A stretch of DNA of 64,000 bases from positions 32,553 to 96,552 of the forward strand of contig MEOH01000027.1 of assembly GCA_001769535.1 (NCBI GenBank). Reading direction: 5' to 3'. The translations under genes were made by a program, and so were the position numbers. The stretch is from Bacteroidetes bacterium GWF2_38_335 (GTDB lineage Bacteria > Bacteroidota > Bacteroidia > Bacteroidales > GWF2-38-335). Shown piece after piece: positions 57,150 through 64,000 of the stretch (positions are counted from its first letter, which is position 1; each line of letters starts with the position of its first letter). The notes below the pieces were generated by a model. That model saw only the letters and a list, made by a program, of their open reading frames with translations, was not told the DNA's origin and searched no databases.

Positions 57150-57290
57150 AAAAATAATTAGCTGATTTGCAAATGTGATGATGTGATAATGTGCAAATTC
57201 CCAAATAATAAATTTACAAGTAAATTTATTATTTGCCAATCTGCAAATCTGCTAATCAACCAATCTGCTAATCAATCAATCTGCTAAGGA
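57150..57290. repeat. Palindrome plus stutter repeats in the divergent promoter region
   Basis: 15-bp perfect inverted repeat CAAATAATAAATTTA-CAAG-TAAATTTATTATTTG at 57202-57235. GTGATGATGTGATAATGTG stutter. AATCTGC(A/T)A occurs 4 times at 57238, 57246, 57262 and 57278. Confidence 0.75.
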
Positions 57291-57380
57291 ATTTCCCTTA
57301 TTAAAAAATCTGTTATTTCATCTATTTTTTTTAACCATTCATTATCGTATTTTTACATTAAATCAAAAAAATGTTTCTAT

Positions 57381-58862
57381 ATGAAAAAATTCCTACTAAT
57401 CCTTTTTGCTGCAAGCACATTTTCGTTTGCTGCAAATTCACAGGTTACCCTGACCACTGCGGCTGACTTTACAGCTACAGATGTTAATGGCAACACAGTG
57501 AATCTTTTTTCCCTGCTTGATGCGGGCAAACATGTAGTACTCGAGTTTTGGGCCACATGGTGAGGCACCTGTCCCGGTGTCGCAACGATCACCAACGAAG
57601 CTTATACCTATTTTGGATGCAACAATGGAGATGTTGTATTTATAGGTGTCAATGTTGAACCCTCAGACGACGATGCTGCATGCATTGCATGGGATGAGAC
57701 CAACGGAGTGGAATATATTACCATCAGCGGTGTTGCTGGCGGTGATGCAATCGGAACCACTTACGGTGTTTCAGCACTCCCGACTCTTTGTCTTATTAAG
57801 CCTGATCATTCAGTTGTTCTTCAGGACATCTGGCCAATCTCTGCTGTCAGTGACATTATTACTCCCCTCGAAGGCCAGGGCTTATCAGAAACTGCTTGTT
57901 CTTCAGTATTAACAGCAAACTTTTCAGCCACTCCCACTACAATCATGGTAGGCGGTTCTGTTAATTTCAACGACGGTTCTTCGGGCACTCCAACCTCATG
58001 GTCATGGACATTTCCCGGAGGAACTCCCGGTACCTCAACCGCAGAAAACCCCACCGGAATTGTATATAATACTGCTGGAACCTATGATGTAACTCTTGAA
58101 GTTTCTGACGGCACATCCACACATTCAACTACCAAAACTGCCTATATTTTTGTATCTGAAGATGCGGTTTATTGTGATGCAGGATCAACTGGAGTTTACG
58201 AATTTATTGATGCTGTTTCATTTGGAACCATTGTAAGCACAGCCACTGGAATTGGCGCAGGAGGTTATCAGGATCATACCGACATGACAACCAACATACT
58301 TCAGGGAAATACCTATCCTATTACAATTACACTAGGAAGCGGATATGCTTCGGATCAGGGAAGGGTATGGATTGACTGGAATCAGGATGGTGACCACCTG
58401 GATGCAGATGAAATGGTTTTTGAATCTACAGTTGGCGTCGGACCATATTCAGGAAATATTACTGTTCCTGCAACGGCTACCCTTGGCGAAACAGTTATGA
58501 GAATTAGGGTATGGGACACCAGCTCAGCCGGCGCAAATAATACTCCTTGCGGAGATGCAGACTGGGGCGAAGTTGAAGATTACAATGTTGTGGTTGAATC
58601 ATCAGGCGTTTCTGTTAATGAAATGAATAGTGTTTCTTATTTAATATATCCCAATCCTGCAGAAAACGAAGTTTTTGTTAATGTTGGCAACAGCAATGTT
58701 AATAAAATTGAATTGACCGATATTACAGGAAAAGTACTTATGGTTACCGAAAAAATCAATGACCTCAATAAATTTGATCTTTCGGGAAAAGTAGCAGGAA
58801 TGTACTTCTTCCGTATTTATACTGACAGTTCAGTTAAAACTCACAAAATCATAGTGAAATAA
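57381..58862 (+). CDS. T9SS-secreted thioredoxin-fold (TlpA/redoxin-like) protein with in-frame TGA at the CxxC position: candidate selenoprotein (UxxC), paralogue A
   Basis: ORFs 57381..57563 and 57708..58862 share a frame and are separated only by TGA 57561-57563. Read-through gives VVLEFWATW-U-GTCPG. Also has a signal peptide, a PKD domain (WSWTFPGGTPGTS...YDVTLEVSDG), a GEVED domain (ADWGEVEDY) and a type A CTD (YPNPAENEVFV...GMYFFRIY...HKIIVK). Confidence 0.8.
57576..57593 (+). promoter_or_regulatory. Candidate SECIS hairpin for paralogue A
   Basis: GGTG-TC-GCAAC-GA-T-CACC. The stem starts 12 nt after the TGA, has a bulged T, and the apical loop GCAAC starts 18 nt after the TGA. Confidence 0.6.
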
Positions 58863-58879
58863 TTTGTTTCAATTAATTT

Positions 58880-58911
58880 AAAAAATCCGGACTTGCTCCG
58901 GATTTTTTTTT
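58880..58911 (+). terminator. Intrinsic terminator after paralogue A
   Basis: AAAAAATCCGGA-CTTGC-TCCGGATTTTTTTTT. Confidence 0.8.
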
Positions 58912-58930
58912 GCCGCAATTTCATTTGAAA

Positions 58931-58938
58931 TAATTTTG
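58931..58938 (+). promoter_or_regulatory. Candidate -7 promoter box (TAnnTTTG) for paralogue B
   Basis: TAATTTTG 61 nt upstream of ATG 58999. Confidence 0.3.
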
Positions 58939-58998
58939 ATCAATGTTGATTTTCTTGAAAACGTATGCTACTTTTACACCAAAGTAATCGTTTACCAA

Positions 58999-60477
58999 AT
59001 GAAAAAAATCCTGTTTATTTTTTTTTCTTTATTAACCCTGTCCTTTTCAGTAAAATCGCAGGTCACACTCACCACTGCCGCTGATTTTAATGTCACTGAT
59101 ATCAATGGAAACCCTGTCCATCTTTTTGATTATTTGGATAATGGGAAATATGTAGTCCTTGATTTTTTCGGGACTTACTGAACCTCCTGTGCAGCCATTG
59201 CAACAATGGCAAATCAGGCATACCAGTATTTTGGTTGTAATTATCACGACGTCATTTTTATTGGTGTAAATCAGGATGCTGATGACGCTGCCTGCGAAGC
59301 CTGGGATATTGAAAACGGAGTTGAATATATTACCATCAGCGGAACATCAGGTGGTGCAGATATATTTGTTGACTATGGAATATCTGCTATTCCGACCATG
59401 TGCCTGATCGCGTCCGATCATACTGTTGTTATGCAAAACATCACGCCCATTGAATCTGTTTCGGATATCATTACACCACTTGAGGCGCAAGGCATTTCAG
59501 CAAACACCTGCGATATAATTTTAATTGCTGATTTTATTGCATCCGCCAACTTCATTATGCCCGGTGAAGCAATTGATTTTACTGATTTGTCACTGAACTC
59601 ACCATCCTCATGGTCATGGTCTTTCCCGGGTGGAACACCCGAAACATCATCTGAACAAAATCCCACCGGAATACTTTACAGTAACCCGGGAACCTTTGAT
59701 GTTACCCTTGAAGTTTCGGATGGCACAAACACAAATTCATTTACTAAATTCGGATACATAGTTGTTTCAGAAGTGCCTGTTTACTGTGATGCCGGAACTG
59801 TAAGCACAATTTATGAATACATTGATGCCGTTTCTTTTAACACCATCAATAATTCAGAAACCGGGAGCGGAACAGGAGGATATCAGGATTACACAACCAT
59901 TTCAACCACAATTAATCAGGGTCATTCATATCCAATAACCATTGGTCTTGGCAACGGATACTCACAGGATAAGGCTAAAGTGTGGATTGACTGGAATCAG
60001 GATGGAGATTTGCTCGACTCAGATGAAATGGTATTTGAGTCGGAAATTGGAGACGGACCATTTACCGGAGATGTTTTCGTCCCGGCAACTTCTGTTCCGG
60101 GCAACACCAGAATGAGAATAAGGATTTGGGATACTTCATCGCCCGAGGCAAATGATACGCCTTGCGGGGATTCTGACTGGGGCGAAGTTGAAGACTATAC
60201 GGTTATTATTGATTCAACCGGAGTTTCAGCAGATGAGTTAATTAATAACAATATTATCATTTTTCCCAACCCTGTGGAAAATAAAATATTTGTCAGTATT
60301 CAGGACCAGAAGATTTACAGAATTGAACTTACGGATCTGACAGGAAAAATAATTTTTCAATCAGAAATAATTGAAAACATGAATTGTTTTGACCTTTCAG
60401 AAAATAATTCGGGTATTTATTTTTTCCGTATTTATTCTGATTATGGAATCAGCACCCATAAAATAATTGTTAAGTAA
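58999..60477 (+). CDS. T9SS-secreted thioredoxin-fold protein with in-frame TGA at the CxxC position: candidate selenoprotein (UxxC), paralogue B
   Basis: ATG at 58999 (MKKILFIFFSLL). ORFs ..59181 and 59206..60477 share a frame and are separated only by TGA 59179-59181. Read-through gives VVLDFFGTY-U-TSCAA. Same PKD + GEVED (SDWGEVEDY) + type A CTD architecture as paralogue A. Confidence 0.8.
59194..59210 (+). promoter_or_regulatory. Candidate SECIS hairpin for paralogue B
   Basis: GCCATT-GCAAC-AATGGC, a 6-bp perfect stem starting 12 nt after the TGA, with apical loop GCAAC starting 18 nt after the TGA. Confidence 0.6.
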
Positions 60478-60718
60478 TAACAAAAACAATTAAAAAATTC
60501 TGATTTAATTTATTTGATGTTTCTTGATGTTTCAAGTCTCCCGACTTGAAACATCCCAGTTCAATCTCATTCAGAAATCAGCCCATAGAATTTTCTACAG
60601 GTAAGTAATAAAACCTACAAAAAAACAATAAAATCACGCAGTTAAAATCTGTGATTGCATGGATTTTTATTTAATTCTCAATACATTATCTTTATTCCTG
60701 TAACCAAATTACATTCAT

Positions 60719-63700
60719 ATGAAAAAAACAATTCTGATTTTCTTAGGCCTTTTGTTTACATACGGCCTTTTTTCACAGACCATCGTGAGCACCACCGTGC
60801 AAAAACGAAAAGTCGTTCTCGAAGAATATACCGGAATTTATTGCACCTGGTGTCCCGAAGGACATGAGATTGCATATAATCTGGCCACTGCAAATCCGGG
60901 CAATTTTTTTGCTATCAATTATCATTATGGCGGATATGCGGCTCCCAGCGGATCTGATCCCGATTACCGAACACCCGATGGCGATATCATCGGTGGATTC
61001 TTTGGTCCGACCGGTTTCCCCATGGGTCAAATAAGCAGACATGATTTTGGTGCCGGTATTGTTACAGGCCGCGGAGACTGGACTGCCAATACCAATACGG
61101 TGAAAAACGAAGACTCTTACGTTAACGTGGGAGTAGAAGCGACATACAACAGCACTACCAAACTTCTGACCGTACACGTAGAAGCATATTATACAGGAAA
61201 CTCTCCTGCCCCAACCAACTACCTTTCTGTTGCCCTGCTGCAGAGTAATATTATTGGACCGCAAACCGGCGGATCAGGAAATCCTTATGGTTACATTAGT
61301 GCTACACAATACAGGCATGCACACATGTTCCGGGATATGATCAATCCGGTATGGGGCGATGCCATTTCCACAACTACAACAGGAACATTTGTAAACAAAT
61401 ATTATTATTACCTTGTTCCAACTTCATTTAACGGTGTGGCAGTTGTTCCTGGTGACCTTGAGATAGTTGCTATGGTACATGAAACAGAAGCTGAACTTGA
61501 ATCAGCCAACGGATGCGTTCCAACCATCACTTCGACAGTACCAACCCTTGATGCTGTACTTACCAGTGTTACTACTCCCGAAACTGTTTGCGGCGACCTC
61601 AGTCCGGTTGCTACCATCCTCAACAACGGAAGCACTACGCTTACTTCAGTAGGATTTTCATATAATGTAAACGGCGGAACTCCCCAGACATACACATGGA
61701 CAGGGTCATTAACCACAGGTCAGAGTGCCAACGTGACTCTTCCTGTAATTTCTTTTACACCTATAACAACAAACACCTGCAACGTTTCAATAACTACAGT
61801 CAACGGAGGGGCTGACGGCGTAACCACAAACAATACGGGCAACGCCTCATTTGCTGCTGCAATAACTGGTACCACCACAGTTTATCTTGAATTGATGACC
61901 GATAATTATGGTACGGAAACCACTTGGAACCTGAAAAACAGTGCAGGAACCACTCTCTATAGCGGAGGACCCTACACAAATGCACAGGTTACTTATAACC
62001 AGACATGGACACTGGCAGCAGACTGTTACACCTTTACCATCAATGACGCATATGGTGACGGCATGTGCTGCAGCTATGGAAACGGTTATTTTACCATTGA
62101 CGACTCAAACAGCACACTCCTTGGCTCAGGCGGGCAGTTTGGCTCATCAGACCAGGTGGTTTTCAGAGTGGCATCTGCCGCTCCTCCTGTTACGAATTTT
62201 ACTGCCAGCGCAACATCTGTTTGTGCAGGAAGTACCATTACATTTACTGATAACAGCACCAATTCCCCGACTTCATGGTCATGGAATTTTAACGGAGGCG
62301 CCACAAATTCAACTGTTCAGAATCCCACAGTCACTTTCAATACTCCGGGAACCTATACAATTGCCTTAACTGCTACCAACGGAGCCGGCTCAAATACAAA
62401 TACAAAAACCAATTATATAACCGTATACGCCAATCCTACTGCTTCTTCAAGTGCAGCAGCTGTTGCATGTTTTGGCGGAACAACCGGAACAGCAACCGTA
62501 ACTCCTTCTGGAGGTACTTCACCCTATACATACCTTTGGAGCAACGGCGGAACATCGGCTTCAATTACCGGACTCGCTGCCGCAACATACAATGTAACTG
62601 TTACCGATTCACATAACTGCAAAGCTTATGCAAGCTCTGTTGTTACTCAGCCAGCCACTGCAGTCAATGGATCCATTACTTCAAGTACAAACGTTTCCTG
62701 CTATGGGTTGACCAACGGTTCAGCAACTGCTGCCGGATCCGGAGGAACATCTCCTTACACTTATACATGGTCCAGTGGTGCATTAGTTGCCACTGCAACC
62801 GGACTAGCTTCCGGCACTTATACCGTTACCATCAGGGATGCAAATTTATGTACCATCACCAGAACTGTTACCATTACCCAGCCAACAGCACTCAACGCTT
62901 CGACCTCAACCACCGCTGCAAACTGCTTTGGCCAATCAAACGGAACTGCCACAGTGACAGCTTCGGGAGGTTCACCAACCTATACTTATCTGTGGACAGG
63001 CGGGGCAACTACTGCAGCTGCAACCGGACTGGCAGCTGGTACTTACACCGTGACTGTTACCGACTCACACAACTGTACCACAACAACCACTGCTACCGTT
63101 AGTCAGCCCACAGCTGTTTCCGGCTCACACACATCAACCAACGTAATCTGCAATGGCGGATCAACAGGAACAGCCTCTGTTTCAGCAACAGGCGGAACAC
63201 CTTCCTATACCTACAGCTGGAACACCGGTTCAACCAGTGCTTCAATCAGCGGACTTATTGCCGGTACCTATACAGCCACCATCACCGATACACACGGATG
63301 TACCGATACCGAATCGGTTACCATTACCCAGCCATCAGCCCTGGTAGCCTCAACAACTGTTGTGAATGTTTCCTGCTTCGGATCATGCAACGGAAGCGTT
63401 ACAGGTGGTGCAACAGGCGGTGGAGGAACATTGATTACCTATTCCTGGTCAAACGGAAGTGTTAACCCCGTAATAAGCGGACTTTGTGCCGGTACCTACA
63501 CCCTGACTGTTACCAATGACCTTGGCTGTCAGGATACCGAAACTGCAACGGTTACATCGCCAACGGCTATAGTTGTCACTCCTTCGGTGACAAACGCAAC
63601 ATGCGGAACAGCCAACGGATCGGCTACTGTTTCAGTTTCCGGCGGATCATCGCCCTATACCTACAGCTGGAGTACCGGGTCAACAACAACCGGCATCACA

Positions 63701-64000
63701 GGTGTGGTTTCAGGAACATACTATGTAACCGTAACCGACAGCCACAGCTGTCAGCAAATTCAGACAGTCAATATCTCTGATGTGGGCGGTGCAACAGTGA
63801 CCACAAACTTTACCCCGGTAAGCTGCTTCGGTGGAAGCAACGGAACTGCTTCGGTTTCAGCAACCGGTGGAACATCTCCTTACTCATACAACTGGTCAGC
63901 AGGCGGATCGGGAACTTCGGTTGCCGGACTGGCAGCAGGAACATATACCGTTACTGTAACCGACAACAGCGGTTGCGTTTCAACCCAGACTGTCACCGTT
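60719..64000 (+). CDS. Giant T9SS-type cargo protein: Omp28-related thioredoxin-like N-domain (CTWC), YGDGMCC module, PKD domain, SprB-type repeats (3' end runs off the window)
   Basis: Absent from the ORF track because it is open to the window end. I read frame 2 from ATG 60719 to 64000 without a stop. MKKTILIFLGLLFTYGLFSQ, VVLEEYTGIYCTWCPEGH, INDAYGDGMCCSYGNGYF, WSWNFNGGATNS...YTIALTATNG, then at least 8 units of C(F/Y)G..(N/T)G.A.V.A.GG..PY.Y.W..G......GL.AGTYTVTVTD...C. Confidence 0.88.
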   Translation, partial: MKKTILIFLGLLFTYGLFSQTIVSTTVQKRKVVLEEYTGIYCTWCPEGHEIAYNLATANPGNFFAINYHYGGYAAPSGSDPDYRTPDGDIIGGFFGPTGFPMGQISRHDFGAGIVTGRGDWTANTNTVKNEDSYVNVGVEATYNSTTKLLTVHVEAYYTGNSPAPTNYLSVALLQSNIIGPQTGGSGNPYGYISATQYRHAHMFRDMINPVWGDAISTTTTGTFVNKYYYYLVPTSFNGVAVVPGDLEIVAMVHETEAELESANGCVPTITSTVPTLDAVLTSVTTPETVCGDLSPVATILNNGSTTLTSVGFSYNVNGGTPQTYTWTGSLTTGQSANVTLPVISFTPITTNTCNVSITTVNGGADGVTTNNTGNASFAAAITGTTTVYLELMTDNYGTETTWNLKNSAGTTLYSGGPYTNAQVTYNQTWTLAADCYTFTINDAYGDGMCCSYGNGYFTIDDSNSTLLGSGGQFGSSDQVVFRVASAAPPVTNFTASATSVCAGSTITFTDNSTNSPTSWSWNFNGGATNSTVQNPTVTFNTPGTYTIALTATNGAGSNTNTKTNYITVYANPTASSSAAAVACFGGTTGTATVTPSGGTSPYTYLWSNGGTSASITGLAAATYNVTVTDSHNCKAYASSVVTQPATAVNGSITSSTNVSCYGLTNGSATAAGSGGTSPYTYTWSSGALVATATGLASGTYTVTIRDANLCTITRTVTITQPTALNASTSTTAANCFGQSNGTATVTASGGSPTYTYLWTGGATTAAATGLAAGTYTVTVTDSHNCTTTTTATVSQPTAVSGSHTSTNVICNGGSTGTASVSATGGTPSYTYSWNTGSTSASISGLIAGTYTATITDTHGCTDTESVTITQPSALVASTTVVNVSCFGSCNGSVTGGATGGGGTLITYSWSNGSVNPVISGLCAGTYTLTVTNDLGCQDTETATVTSPTAIVVTPSVTNATCGTANGSATVSVSGGSSPYTYSWSTGSTTTGITGVVSGTYYVTVTDSHSCQQIQTVNISDVGGATVTTNFTPVSCFGGSNGTASVSATGGTSPYSYNWSAGGSGTSVAGLAAGTYTVTVTDNSGCVSTQTVTV

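Noticed and set aside
57561-57563. Interpreting the TGA codons at 57561-57563 and 59179-59181 as inactivating nonsense mutations (two pseudogenes) or as separate small and large genes, as the ORF track suggests
   Set aside because: Both stops fall on the same catalytic codon of the CxxC motif in two diverged paralogues. The downstream frame stays open and conserved for more than 400 codons in each. The downstream pieces lack their own signal peptides and ATG-proximal starts (57708 is a GTG inside conserved sequence). Both are followed by position-matched hairpins. Independent nonsense hits at that exact codon are implausible.
57561-59181. Alternative genetic code with TGA as a sense codon (code 4 or 25)
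   Set aside because: TGA is used as a normal terminator in the same window, for example the flippase at 9819-9821, the EamA gene at 20916-20918 (minus strand) and yraN at 50231-50233, with protein lengths typical for their families.
60526-60555. 13-bp stem hairpin GATGTTTCAAGTC-TCCC-GACTTGAAACATC after selenoprotein gene B as a canonical terminator
   Set aside because: No T-run follows it. It may still pause or terminate transcription, but I cannot support calling it an intrinsic terminator. It is also part of a TTGATGTTTC stutter.

Overview
Bacteroidota-type chromosomal window, identified from T9SS type A and type B C-terminal sorting domains, SprB-type repeats, an LpxC-FabZ fusion and TAnnTTTG -7 promoter boxes. 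I saw no rRNA, tRNA, CRISPR array, transposase or integrase. Most of it is housekeeping: mfd, lpxC/fabZ-lpxA, thiL, pgi, gpsA, lysS, lipB, sufBCDS-sufE-DUF59, metG, an LD-carboxypeptidase and S41/S46/C1 peptidases. Accessory segments are an AT-rich surface-polysaccharide mini-locus (7.1-12.6 kb), an N-acyl amino-acid lipid gene pair (17.8-19.7 kb), a decayed island between lysS and lipB (31.0-33.1 kb), and a T9SS cargo island from 53.1 kb to the window end. Two ORFs that run off the window edges are missing from the supplied track: 1..2099 (-) and 60719..64000 (+). Main finding: two tandem paralogous T9SS cargo genes (57381..58862 and 58999..60477) are each split by the ORF track at a single in-frame TGA. 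That TGA sits exactly at the first Cys of the thioredoxin-fold W-C-x-x-C motif (FWATW-TGA-GTC and FFGTY-TGA-TSC). Each TGA is followed at the same offset by a hairpin with the same GCAAC apical loop but a different stem. I read these as selenocysteine (UxxC) proteins with SECIS elements, i.e. secreted or surface-attached selenoprotein oxidoreductases. Second theme: a mosaic family of short hairpin modules and G/T-rich stutter repeats fills many intergenic gaps, including gaps inside the suf operon, and shows compensatory stem changes between copies. Also noted: a strictly 21-bp phased 12-copy tandem repeat upstream of mfd, a lipoprotein gene frameshifted at a T6 run, an orphan T9SS sorting-domain remnant, and a possible Rhs/YD remnant with a downstream immunity-like gene.
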